The notes under the pieces are model-generated. The model was not told where the DNA came from. It searched no databases and worked only from the letters and a program-made list of their open reading frames with translations. A stretch of 64,000 nucleotides of DNA from Eledone cirrhosa (Eukaryota): NCBI GenBank assembly GCA_964016885.1, contig OZ024742.1:200136001-200200000 (forward strand). Direction: 5' to 3'. Shown here piece by piece: positions 12,744-25,220 of the stretch. How positions within the stretch are numbered: the first letter of the stretch is position 1; each line of letters starts with the position of its first letter. A program made the translations under genes and the position numbers.

Positions 12744-12780
<37 letters not shown>

Positions 12781-12848
12781 GATATGGTACAAATAACGGT
12801 TTCTGATTTAGGAACATGTCCAGTGGGAATGAAAATATATTATTGATA

Positions 12849-13350
12849 ATTGTTTCTACTTTTGGTACAAGGCCAGCAATTAAATCAGTGCATTACTGGT
12901 ACTTTATTTCATCGACCTTGTAAGGACGAAAGGCAAAATTAACTTCTGTGGTACTTGAACTTAGGCAGTAAAGGGCCGTAACTCTATGCTGCCAATGATA
13001 TTATAATACAGTAGTAATGTATCGCAGATATCGATATTATAATACGGATAAAATAGGGCATTATAAAGATAATGATGATATGAAACAGATAATGATATAA
13101 TAGCATAAATATTAATAATATACTATATATAATGGTTTCTTATATAGGCACAAGGCCAGCAATTCTGGGGGAAGAGGAAAGCCGATTAAAATCGACCCCA
13201 GTGTGTGACTGGTACTTTATTTTATCGACCCGGTAAGGATGAAAGGCAAAGTTAACCTCGGCGGCATTTGATCTCAGAATAGCAAGGGCCGTAACTCTAT
13301 GTGTCAAAGCATGGCGTCCGACCCTCTACCGATACTGCCAATCCACTGTC
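12849..13350 (-). mobile_element. Two tRNA-derived SINE copies (family 1)
   Basis: The minus strand has the A-box-like TGGCAGTATCGG, a B-box-like GAGTTCAAATC-type motif and the core GCCTTTCATCCTT...GGTCGATAAAATAAAGTACCAG. It recurs about ten times in the window. Confidence 0.75.
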
Positions 13351-13669
13351 CTGGTATGATAATATATATAATGATAATATACGTAAAGAGACGTAACTAT
13401 ATACCGCAAAGCATGTTGTCCGATGCTCTATCGATACTACTAAACCAGCAGAGATTGTTAATACTGTAGGTGATTGAGATGTCAAAGTACACCTTTGGTA
13501 GCAAGGTTATAACTGCTATATTGTATATTTGTGTGTATATGGGGGGAAGAGGGGTGTGTGTTTGTGTGCGTGTGTGTTTCTTTATACAAACTGTATGGAT
13601 ACAACATAGTCGAATAGATAGGAACTATGCCTCACAATCATATGGTCCCGGGTTCGATATCACTGCGTG

Positions 13670-13770
13670 GAAGAAGAAGAAGAAGAAGAAGAAGAAGAAG
13701 AAGAAGAAGAAGAAGAAGAAGAAGAAGAAGAAGAAGAAGAAGAAGAAGAAGAAGAAGAAGAAGAAGAAGA
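13670..13770. repeat. (GAA)n microsatellite; a (CTT)n tract also occurs at 24377-24515
   Basis: Perfect trinucleotide runs. Confidence 0.98.
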
Positions 13771-14149
13771 CTGTTTGGAAGGCTGTCAGCTGGGTGCTGC
13801 CAGTAATTCAAAAGGCCAGGATTATCACACACTGCGTCATACTGAATGTTAAGGGTACCCGTGGCTGTGTAATACTCAGCCACAGATTTTGATCTCAAAC
13901 CTTTAGGTAAAAAACTGTTTCTTGTACACCGGGAAATACGGTACTACTGGGAAGATGTGATGGACTCTTCTCGTCATTTTGTGCTCATTTCAGAAATTAA
14001 TACATAATAGTTGTAAGTGATGGGGGGTTGGCAGAAAGGTTGCGATAGCAGTATTGGTAAGGTGTGTGGCAATATGTCATAAACGAAGCCGGCCTTAGGC
14101 TATGAAAGAAAAATACGTATTTGGTGGGGTTCAAATGCTAATTTCAAAT

Positions 14150-14950
14150 CTTGGAAATAAACCCTGTGTGCCTTCACTACACTTGGTCCAGCGATTCTTC
14201 CACTGTTCAACTCTAACCCTAACCCGTTTGTAATGCTTCTTCCAGAACGACCCTTAGCTCCGCTGTCGCAGTCTACATGATGTCTTTTTAGCTCTCAAAG
14301 CAGGAGCCTTTCGGCGGCATCTTCATTTTAGGGAGCAATGCCTGAAGAGTTAGGAGTCGGGCGAATGAACAAAAATGTTTTTCTTTGCCAAAAAATCTTG
14401 GATTTACTTCGACGAATGAGCCGGGTCGTTGTCATGGTGCAGCTGTCAGTTTTGCGAGACACACAGATTCGGTCTCGCGTGCCGAACTACATCACAAAGA
14501 CACCGAAGGACTTCCTGATAATATTCCTGTGTAACTATTTATCCTTCTAGTACATAATCGTAAGGCATAACCTCTCGATAGTCGAGGAAAACAGTCAGCA
14601 TCACCTTGATTTTACATTGCACTGCTATGCTTTTGGGCGCATTGGCAACGCTGAATGATTTCACTGTGATAACTAAGCGTTGGTTTACAGATCTTACCTG
14701 TTCAGCCACGCCTCATTTGCCATTATCATGGTATTCTGGGACTCAGGGTCGTTGCTCCTAACGTTTCGCCGTCACCGGTGAAATGAAAATGAAACACAAA
14801 GAAATTGTACTTCATCTCACAAATTAGCTGTCTGATAGTGTCAGACGCATCCAGTGATCTTGTCAAAAGCACGCATGCGCATGAATGTATACTGCTCCAC
14901 TATGAAAACGTTTGTCTCCCTAGCATCAATACTTCCCACGGGAAAATATG
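14150..14950 (-). mobile_element. Degenerate mariner (DD34D-type) transposase fragment
   Basis: Minus-strand translation gives TGDGET, NDPES, KVMLTVFLD, LHHDNDPAH, HSPD and EQWKNRWTKC, matching the mariner motifs TGDETW, KVMLTVFFD, HDNAPAH and YSPDL. Confidence 0.8.
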
Positions 14951-15317
14951 ACCTAGGATATAAATCATTTTGACTCTAAACATAGTACAAATCACTTGGG
15001 CTCCACATACTATAAATCCCTTTGGTTTCACATACATTATGTATTAAGTCCTTTCTTTTCGACAGCTGTTAATTTTGTTCTCAGCAACTGATTTCTGCAC
15101 CGAATCTTGTTAGTGTGTATAACTAAGAAACCATTTAGAAAGGAGAGCATTTAACATGACATATCTTTGACGGAGTATTCTATCAGATATATATTGACAA
15201 CATTGGCATATTGAATACAGAAGCAGAGACAGACAGTATACATTTCACTCTTGTTCTCTCTCCCTCGCCACCTCTCGCTGTATACATACATACATACATA
15301 CATACATACATACATAC

Positions 15318-15892
15318 ATGGTGGCTGCCAACTCGTTTTCGAGTACGGCCACTACTTTATATCCATGTAGGAGAACCCCTACCGATGCGTTGAACGAGTG
15401 TGAATTTTTAGTCCAGCCAGCGACTTGAAAACTCTGGTTCAAACACTACACTTGTGACAATTATTGACACATAGTGCTGGGCCCATGGTACCATGTGACG
15501 ACAAATGCAGAGAGATCTCCAGATATAAAGCAATGCCTGTGCCGTGAAGCTTTTATAGTGAGCAAAGGCACTGCACAAAGCCAGTCCCACTCTCTTAACC
15601 AAGATGATATTTACCAAAAAGAAGAACAAGTCAACATCATTGGATACCATCAGAGTTGCAGGTGTTATATCAGAGTTTTCCTTCTCCTAGAATTCTGCCT
15701 TGACAAAGGCTAAGGGGTCATCTCTCCCAGTGATTTAGGATGGCCATTGACTCTTAAGAGCTCCTTTGTCCTTTGACAGGTTTTGTTTTTAGTCCTGCAG
15801 GATGTCCAAAGTCACCCTCCTCACCGAGAAACCTTGGTGGGGTTGCCAGTTTAGTCGCCAACGACCCGACCATGAGACAGGTTGTACTGGGA
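15318..15892 (-). mobile_element. About 575-bp interspersed repeat embedded in (CATA)n, probably an RTE-LINE-related non-autonomous element
   Basis: Highly similar inverted copies at 62805-63386 and 62283-62657 and a diverged copy at about 37805-38110. Contains CTAGGAGAAGGAAAACTC, which resembles RTE 5' regions (family assignment from recall). Confidence 0.65.
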
Positions 15893-15944
15893 TACATACA
15901 TACATACATACATACATACATACATACATACATACATACATACA

Positions 15945-15976
<32 letters not shown>

Positions 15977-16039
15977 CACACACATATATATATATATATA
16001 TATACATATATAGCACTATATAATAAGGAGTAATCAACT

Positions 16040-17115
16040 TCCTATAGATACCTTTAATACATTATGATAGAGTAGACTGTATTTAAAATTGAAAATTAAA
16101 TATAAATATATAACCTTTTATATAAGGGACTCAATTGAGGCACCATATAATGTATGTTAGAACAATGAATTTAGTTATGAGAATCAGCTAGTTACCTCCC
16201 CTTACGCATTAACTCCCCTTAATTACACACCTACTTCCGGGTAATAAACCACTGTAAATTATCGCAGCAGTAAGAACCTATTCTATAAATATGGATTAAA
16301 TAACACTGAGCCTCAATACGCTACAATAATTTAATGCATCAAACATTAAATACGGAATCATCGTAACTTATGTGATAGATGTAAAAACTATAACTTCCTT
16401 TTTCTGAATGTGAAAATGGTGGTGGATACGAAAACTATAACTTTCTTTTTTTCTTCTTCTTTTTCTTTTTCTGCACATATACTTTTTTAATCTATACAAA
16501 AAATACCCTACCTCTACAACCACCATAATACTCTTGCTTACCCGCTTAAAGTGCTTGCATTACATGTAACACCTTGCCACATAATAATCGTTTATAAATG
16601 AGACACACTTGCATGCTCCATGTGTAACTAACGCATACACTACCTACTAGATCTGACTGTCAAACTATCCTCTTACATTATCTGTGTTATCTGCCGCATG
16701 TATTTTAATTTTGATTTTGATTTTGATTTTGATTTTGAATTTGAATTGCTGTACAAAGATAGTATAGTATAATATATGTCACTCCACTGTACATCAATAT
16801 ATATATATGTATCTGTATGTCTCTTACGTTGGATAGGAGGTCAATTATATGTACAAACATTGAAAAATGCTCCGAAGAATCCAAGCCTAGGTTTGGATGA
16901 AACAATTGTAAGTGAATAAATTCTTTGAACATAGCTTTGATTCTTGTGAATTCTATATAACTGCTCTGTAGAACAACTGATTTTATTACATTGAGCTATT
17001 TATCTTGCTGGTAATAAAGTAGTAATAAATTACTGACCTTCCTGTTTATGGTTTAAAATATACATAACTATAAAAAGTTTAAAATATACATAACCATAAA
17101 TAGTATCCTTAATAT
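16040..17115 (+). mobile_element. Solo PLE 3' UTR/pseudo-LTR, diverged relative of 20940-21884
   Basis: Shares AATCAGCTAGTTACCTCCCCTTACGCATTAACTCCCC and the downstream HHR with the PLE at 18-22 kb. Ends in (TA)n. Confidence 0.8.
16868..16914 (+). ncRNA. Minimal hammerhead ribozyme, U4C variant
   Basis: TGCT-CCGAAGA-ATCCAAGCCTAGGTTTGGAT-GAAA-CAATTG-TA/AGTG, followed by AATAAA. Confidence 0.72.
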
Positions 17116-17143
17116 TATATACATATATATATGTGTGTATATA

Positions 17144-17188
<45 letters not shown>

Positions 17189-17422
17189 CAAACGGAATAG
17201 AAAATGTTGACAAATTGTTCACAGTGAAAAATAGTTTAATTAGGAATAAGTGAGAATTAGTAATGGTATTGGTTGGTATTAAGTTTTGGTTTTAAGTTTT
17301 ACCGGTTGCGCATTTCTAATGCTTTTCAAAAATAATTTTGAGATAGAGCATCCGTGATGTTTGCTCTGATCTGGCAAACATCATATATATAACACTCATA
17401 TATATGTCTGCCTGTCTAAGTG

Positions 17423-17473
<51 letters not shown>

Positions 17474-17475
<2 letters not shown>

Positions 17476-17678
17476 GTGGGAAAGTAAAAGAATCGGAGAA
17501 TAGACCGTTAAAACATGTTTATTTAAAATATCACCTACGTACGTTTCACCCAGTTGGGCTTCTCAAGGGCATAAATATTTATGCCCTTGAGAAGCCCAAC
17601 TGGGCGAAACGTACGTAGGTGATATTTTAAATAAACATGTTTTAACGGTCTATTCTCCGATTTTTTACTTTCCCACGT
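17474..17678. repeat. 205-bp near-perfect palindrome next to (TA)n
   Basis: ACGTGGGAAAG...GCATAAATATTTATGC...CTTTCCCACGT, with no spacer. Confidence 0.92.
17585..17620 (+). ncRNA. Minimal hammerhead ribozyme, U3-A8 core variant; inverted copy at 17533-17568 (-)
   Basis: CC-TTGAGAA-GCCCAACTGGGC-GAAA-CGTACG-TA/GG. Compensatory C3U/G8A change, palindromic stem III ACGTACGT, short stem I. Confidence 0.65.
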
Positions 17679-17834
17679 GCTTACGCTCTGCTAACTCTCT
17701 AGCCCACTAAATATTAACACTTCAAATATTTAATACTGCCGGCACTAGTATAGAGCACCTTTGGCATACGCTACTTGGCAAATAACTATATGTATCACCT
17801 ATCCCCCCTATTTTTCTCTTTCTCGATACGTAAA

Positions 17835-17933
<99 letters not shown>

Positions 17934-18129
17934 CACACACACATATATCTATCTATATATATATATAAATATAGTAATAATAATAAATTTGAAGACTAAA
18001 ATCCAAAGAGGGCTCGATAAGGATAAATATATATCAAATATATAAGAACCGTAGACCAAATTCCGTAGGGTGAAAGCATCGATTCTTTGCTTAAACTTTA
18101 ATCTGTTATTTTAATAAATATATATAAAT

Positions 18130-21100
18130 ATAGTATTAAGGATACTATTTATGGTTATGTATATACTAAAACCTTTTATAGTTATATATATATTATACCC
18201 TAAATAGTGAAAGACAGTAATGTATTACTATCTTATTACTAGTAAGATAAATAGCTCAATGTAACAACATCAGTTGTTTTACAGAGCAGTTATATAGAGA
18301 TTACATGAAACAAAGTTCTGTTTAAATCATTTATCTGCTTACAATTGTTTCTTCCAAACCGAGGTTTGGAGTCTTCGGAGCAATTATTCGGTGATTTTTA
18401 ACATACTTGACCTCCTTTTCAACACAAGAGTCATATAGAAACATATGTATATATTGACCCACAGTGGGTTGACATCCATTATAATAATATAGCATGGTAA
18501 TTTACATATAACGATTACAGTCATATTAAAGGATAAAATTAAAGTTAAAATTAAAATTAAAAATTAAAATTAAAATAAAACATTGGCAGTCTACTAAGAT
18601 AAAGCAAAAGGAAAGTTTGGAGTAGCCAGTGCATGCAACAGTCACACGTGTGGCATGCACGCGTGTCCTATTTATACAAGATTATAGTGCGGCAAATTGT
18701 TACAAGTAAAACAAGCAGTCAAAGCAGGCAATCAAGAGCATCATGGGGGTGAACTGGTTAAGCATTATTTACACACACCTGTACGATATAGAAGCCCGTG
18801 TGTGGAGAAACACCAAAAATATCAAAAATATTACAAATGAGAAGCAAAACAGCACCACTGTCCTCGCACACACCACCACTCTCACAATTCAGGAAACGCA
18901 ATTTATAGACTACATGCTCATCTCACAATCCACGATGATTCAACATTGGGTGCCTGGTGAACCATGCTAGAACATCACAGCTTGTCGTTCTTTAACTCGA
19001 TTCATAGATCAGGTTGTTTTTGTTGTGATAGATGACATCGTATTATATTCCGGAAGTGTGTGTGTGATTAAGGGGAGTTAATGCGTAAGGGGAGGTAACT
19101 AGCTGATTTTTATAGTTAAATGTATTATCCTAAAGTACATTAATGGTGTCTCAAATGAGTTCCCATCATATAAGGTTATCAACAATTTCTAAATTTAAGT
19201 ATCTTATCTATAAATTACAGTGTAGTCTATCGAGAAGTACTAAAGATGTTCATATTAGGATGAATACCTTTTATCATAGAGTGCCTCCACCGAACATTCC
19301 ACATGAAGAGTCAGATCTCCAAATCAATGATCTTTGTAAGTGTAAATTTAGTAATAGGAATATCAACCACACACACACTAATACGGAAGATGCAAACAAA
19401 AATAACCCACACCACAGAAATACCATAGTACCATAAAAGGAAACAACTCACCAGACATAAAAAACAAAAATAGAAGAAGAAATAACACATTTTCAACCCT
19501 CCTTTCAATCTAAACGTCTCTACCAACCTACCTAGGGCTTTCTTCTCACTACTAGATAAAAACTTCCCATCCGGCCATAAGTACCATAGCCTTTTAAACA
19601 AAAACACTATTAAAATCTCCTACTTTACTACGCTTAACATAGCATACCACATAGCTAGTAGCAATAAAAGAAAAATTAATTCTTACTTCCAGCAAACTAA
19701 ATCACAACAGACGATAAACCTTCAAAATAACATTATAGCAACTAACCCTAATATCAATAGAAATAATAGTAATAACACTAGTGTAAACAATAACGCTGGG
19801 AACGTCAACCCACATAACCATAACCCTATAGCTACCATCCAGACTTCTACACAACATAATAACCGGCAGACTAACACCCAGAATAATTGTAACTGTAGAT
19901 CAAATAGAACCTGCCCTTTAGATAAAAAATGCTTAACCAAGGATATCATATACTCATGCACAGTCACAACTAGCAACTCTTCTGAAACCTATATAGGCTC
20001 TACTTCAAACTGCTTCAAAACCAGATACAATTCGCACCTCCACTCTTTCAAAAAACACAGTCTAGCTACATACACTATCTAAAAACTAAAAATAAACCAT
20101 ATACACTTAAATGGGAAGTGATAGGTAACGCGTCATCGTACAAACCACCTAATAAATTTTGTAACCTCTGTCTACTAGAGACCCATACTATCATCTTCTC
20201 AAACCATAACCTCCTTAACAAAAAATCAGAAGTGTTCGCGTCTTGCCAACACCGCTTCCGACACTCTTTCCTAAACTTTAAACCCAATATATAACAATGT
20301 CAGACTTGAACCCGTCACCACCTCTAGCAGCAATCATCAGGGGCACACCTTACACCTCATCTCCACACCCATTAATCCTCTTTAATGCAAATAGTGACAT
20401 CCTCCTAGTACCTTTTACCTTGGAGATATCCCCATGTACTTCTACTTTTGGTATATTGGCCTTCAATTGCTTAGACTACATTACACCAATGTAAACTTTA
20501 AGCACGGAATTGGTTGTGCTAACATTGTCCTGTGTATGTAGTGCCATCATTGGATAAATGGAAGATTAAGTAATTAATTTATTAACATAAAAGAGCTATA
20601 TAATCTATATGCTGAGTGCAATGAATTATGTACAGGTGATGTATGAGTTATAAATACATGTATGACTTGATGGTCAGATCAGTGTCTTTGTAAGTGAGAA
20701 TTGATCTCTGGACTACCCTAGTGATATTTAACTTTGCCATGCAATCAGTCATGCAATGACCCAGAACTTACCAGGAGTCATATATAGAAGTGATTCTAAT
20801 AAGACCCTGCCAGGTCCTGCGGGTGGACTACACTTACAAAGATCATTGATTTGGATATCTGACTCTTCATGTGGAATGTTCGGTGGAGGCACTCTATGAT
20901 AAAAGGTATTCATCCTAATATGAACACCTTTAGTACTTCTCGATAGACTACACTGTAATTTATAGATAAGATACTTAAATTTAGAAATTGTTTATAACCT
21001 TATATGATGGGAACACATTTGAGACACCATTAATGTACTTTAGGATAATACATTTAACTATAGAAATCAGCTAGTTACCTCCCCTTACGCATTAACTCCC

Positions 21101-21884
21101 CTTAATCACACACACACTTCCGGAATATAATACGATGTCATCTCTCACAACAAAAACAACCTGATCTATGAATCGAGTTAAAGAACGACAAGCTGTGATG
21201 TTCTAGCATGGTTCACCAGGCACCCAATGTTGAATCATCGTGGATTGTGAGATGGGCATGTAGTCTATAAATTGCGTTTCCTGGATTGTGAGAGTGGTGG
21301 TGTGTGCGAGGACAGTGGTGCTGTTTTGCTTCTCATTTGTAATATTTTTGATATTTTTGGTGTTTCTCCACACACGGGCTTCTATATCGTACAGGTGTGT
21401 GTAAATAATGCTTAACCAGTTCACCCCCATGATGCTCTTGATTGCCTGCTTTGACTGCTTGTTTTACTTGTAACAATCTGCCGCACTATAATCTTGTATA
21501 AATAGGACATGCGTGCATGCCACACGTGTGACTGTTGCATGCACTGGCTACTGCAAACTTTCCTTTTGCTTTATCTTAGTAGACTGCCAATGTTTTATTT
21601 TAATTTTACTTTTTAATTTTAATTTTAACTTTAATTTTGTCCTTTAATATGACTGTAATCGTTATATGTAAATTACCATGCTATATTATTATAATGGATA
21701 TCAACCCAATGTGGGTCAATATATACATATGTTTCTATATGTCTCTTGTGTTGAAAAGGAGGTCAAGTATGTTAAAAATCACTGAATAATTGCTCCGAAG
21801 ACTCCAAACCTCGGTTTGGAAGAAACAATTGTAAGCAGATAAATGATTTAAACAGAACTTTGTTTCATGTGATCTCTCTATATA
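18130..21884 (+). mobile_element. 5'-truncated Penelope-like element with an upstream inverted pseudo-LTR
   Basis: 18291-19344 is the reverse complement of 20829-21884. Between the arms, 19490-20280 translates to FNPPFNLNVSTN...LLDKNFPSGHKYHSLLNKNTIKISY, CNCRSNRTCPLDKKCL, IIYSC...TYIGST, CNLCLLE and LLNKKSEVFASCQH (GIY-YIG). Flanked by (TA)n. Confidence 0.9.
21791..21837 (+). ncRNA. Minimal hammerhead ribozyme, U4C variant, in the PLE pseudo-LTR; inverted copy at 18336-18382 (-)
   Basis: TGCT-CCGAAGA-CTCCAAACCTCGGTTTGGAA-GAAA-CAATTG-TA/AGCA. Confidence 0.75.
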
Positions 21885-21889
21885 TATAT

Positions 21890-22060
21890 TTATGTAATAA
21901 ACAACATAAGGCAATTATTCCAATTACCAGTGGTTTCTTAAAAGAAACCACTGGTAAATGGAATAATTGCTTTTAAGAAACCACTGGTAAATGGAATAAT
22001 TGCTTTTAAGAAACCACTGGTAAATGGAATAATTGCCTTATGTTGTTTATTACATAACTA
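21890..22060. repeat. Three tandem 33-bp units plus one inverted unit of a PLE pseudo-LTR end
   Basis: Unit AAGAAACCACTGGTAAATGGAATAATTGCTTTT at about 21942, 21975 and 22008, with an inverted copy at 21890-21938. It matches 51763-51822. Confidence 0.85.
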
Positions 22061-22232
22061 TTAAGCTCTGTTACCTACATAGAGCACTCTTTTTTCCTGG
22101 AATTTTCCGACGGAATTACTTCATAAATTTATATATATATAAATCTCTCCCTATATTTATATAAATACACACACACACACATATATATATATATAATTAT
22201 ATATACATATATATACATATATATATATACGA

Positions 22233-22360
<128 letters not shown>

Positions 22361-23429
22361 ATACATATTTATGTATGTATATACATATATTTATAAATAC
22401 ATACATATATATATATATGTGTGTGTGTGTGTATGTATATATATATATCTGTGTGTGTGTGTATGTATATATATATATGTGTGTATGTATGTATATATAT
22501 ATATGTGTGTGTGTGTATATATATATATGTGTGTGTGTGTGTATGTATGTATATATATATATGTGTATGTATGTATATATATATATGTGTATGTATGTAT
22601 ATATATATGTGTGTGTGTGTGTTTGTGTGTATACATATACATATATATTAACACATATACACATATATCTAAGTGACAAGCGATAGACCGGTATTTAGCA
22701 TTAATCAAATATAATTTGTTGAATTAGAGACATCAGCAAAAAGTGTATGTTACAGTAGGTTATATGTTGAGAAAGCCATAAACAATGTTATGTTGTCGTG
22801 TGAAGCCATGTTATCAAAAGATTACGGCGTGGTGTCTCCTTGCTTTGGATTAGTGACAACTGGGGACACTATAACTGGATGTTAGTCCTCCATCCAGCAA
22901 TTGGTTTAGTCTTTAACTTCTTTTACGGCTTCTAAACCGTACTGGTGTATAAAAGCCGTCCTTGTTTTGAAGGAAAAGTTTGAATAATAATTCATAACAG
23001 TGGAGTTTTCTGGTGTCCTTAGCCCTAAGACCACGTCTCTACTTACCACCATCGGCACGGAGTTCACTACCAGCAGGTGTAAGTCTGGCGAGCTGGAATG
23101 GCTCTTCCGACCCTTTTCCCTCACCATCCTTCGGGGAAACGCAGTCTCTATTCTGTCCACCGGGGTCACGGGGCGGTCAGCGCATGGGCCCCCATTTGCT
23201 TATAATAGTGAGGGATGGAGAGAGCGAGAGAGACGGAGGCAATGACTATACCAGCATTTCTGAGGTATTTTGTAGAGTTAAACATTGTTTTCACTTTTAC
23301 AGCATTGTATTGGAAGGTGTTAGGGAAAAGAAAATTATATAAAGTAGGCTTTTTCCTCATTTATAACAGTATTTAAAAGATTACCCTATATTCACAAATA
23401 ATTTTACCCACGTCCATTACCTATAATTA

Positions 23430-23565
23430 TAGGTGGCGAATTGGCGGAGTCGTTAGAACGTCAGATAGAATGTATTCCTTCAGGCTCTCTGTTCTCTGTG
23501 TTAAAATCCCGCCAACGTCAACTTTGCTTTTCATCCTTCCTAGGTCGATAAAAATGTACCAGTTG
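23430..23565 (+). mobile_element. tRNA-derived SINE (family 1), truncated
   Basis: GGTGGCGAATTGGCGGAGTCGTTAG...TTAAAATCCCGCC...CTTTTCATCCTTCCTAGGTCGATAAAAATGTACCAG. Confidence 0.7.
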
Positions 23566-23921
23566 ATTCTTTCTTCCTCTATATCTCTTTCGCATTTCCT
23601 CTCTTTCACTTTCTATCCTCTGGAAGAAACCTACTGTATTCGGGCCTGGAGAGAGATCGGCTACGCCAGGCTTAAAATAACCAAGAAACGCTTTATGTCA
23701 ATACGGTGCCACTACGACTCCATTAGGAGTTACGGGATCTAAAATTTAAAAAAAATTACCTATATTTACCATACTATGGCATTGACTCATAACTCTTGGT
23801 AGGGGTTACGTCGTGATACAAATCTTAATTACCGTGATGTCGCGGCGTGCACAGGCATAGGTTTAGCCACTTCCTATGAGGTTGTGTCTCATCGCAAGTT
23901 TCTTGGATATCATATTGTTCT

Positions 23922-23961
<40 letters not shown>

Positions 23962-24095
23962 ACATCATCATCACCATCATAGTTTATACCTAGCTGAACG
24001 AATCCCACTCCAGTTTTGAACCCAGTTGATTTTTTGTCAGTGTTTGATCTCGGCGAGATAAGCACAGAGAGCCGAAACGAAGTAATATCGTAAAG

Positions 24096-24303
24096 CAGGC
24101 ATGTCAAACTGAGGGTCCTCCGAGGGTCACATGGGTCACATATGTGTTGTCTGGGGCAACTAATTGCGCATTTTACAATTAATTTTTAAAATTTTATATT
24201 ACGAGGATAAAACATGCTCGCGCTGTAAAAAGATTTGTGCGGGCCGTAGGTGTGTTTGTAAAGGGCCGCATGCGGTCCGCGGGCGGCATGTTTGACCCGC
24301 CTG
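24096..24303. mobile_element. hAT-type MITE
   Basis: TIRs CAGGCATGTCAAAC and GTTTGACCCGCCTG. The 8-bp TSD matches at 7 of 8 positions (TCGTAAAG / TCGAAAAG). Subterminal GGGCCGC motifs are present. Confidence 0.85.
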
Positions 24304-24902
24304 TCGAAAAGCATTCTATTCCACGTTCTAAGTATTCTACCAACTTGTTCTGCTGGCAGTATCACTGTGTGACTAGCTTCTTCTTCTTCTTCTTCTTCTT
24401 CTTCTTCTTCTTCTTCTTCTTCTTCTTCTTCTTCTTCTTCTTCTTCTTCTTCTTCTTCTTCTTCTTCTTCTTCTTCTTCTTCTTCTTCTTCTTCTTCTTC
24501 TTCTTCTTCTTCTTCTGTGTGTGTGTGTGGGGGGGGGGGGGGGTCATGCGTGTAGACTCCTCAGTCACGCCTTCCAGAGCGTCTTTATGACTTATAAGCA
24601 CGCATGCATATATATATATATATAAACACACATACATATGATGTTAACACATCCATAATTATAGACAGTGTCTACAATTTAACTAGAGGGTTAACACATT
24701 ATACATTAACCCAAACTTCCACACAATATTTCTTATGTTATGAAAAAATGAATGTATAAAATAAATAAATAAAGTAGATAAATATAAAATATACCACACT
24801 TCAAACCAAAATGTTTTGATATGCTACATATAACGATTATACGTTATAGATAATGATGATAACATTACAGATGACCATATTATGCTACCGATGATAATAT
24901 GT

Positions 24903-25220
24903 TTTCTTTATTGGCCACAAGGACTAACATGAAGAAAAACATTACAGACGGCACAGAACAGTACAGGACGATACAAAGTGGGTTTTGGCCGTGTGGTAAG
25001 GGTTATAACAAGAAAATAGAAATGTATTAAAACAAATTAAAAATTCAAACAAATTTCCCCAATAGGGAGGAAACCTCCGAGGGTCACTCGTGGCGAAAAC
25101 CACACGAAAGACCACGGCCACCTTGACCACTAGGGCAAGCGCCCTCTCTCAGTTCTCCCACTCCTCAGTCTACAGGCGCATATTCAGAGAGGGCCTGTCC
25201 CGTTCACTCGGACCACAGAT
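24903..25220 (-). mobile_element. 3' tail fragment of an L1/Tx1-type LINE
   Basis: The minus strand resembles the ORF2 end (CGAGTGAACGGG...CGCCTGTAG) and the 3' end TTGTGGCCAATAAAGAAA shared with the copies at 27110 and 48900. Confidence 0.6.

Noticed and set aside
18043-18087. AAGAA-CCGTAGA...GAAA-GCATCGA-TTCTT and its relative at about 36440
   Set aside because: Stem I pairs, but core A6 and the NUH triplet are violated in the copies seen.
22786-22999. TGTTATG...CATAACA segment with TATAAAA, a possible solo LTR
   Set aside because: No TSD, no second LTR, and no recognisable PBS or gag/pol sequence.
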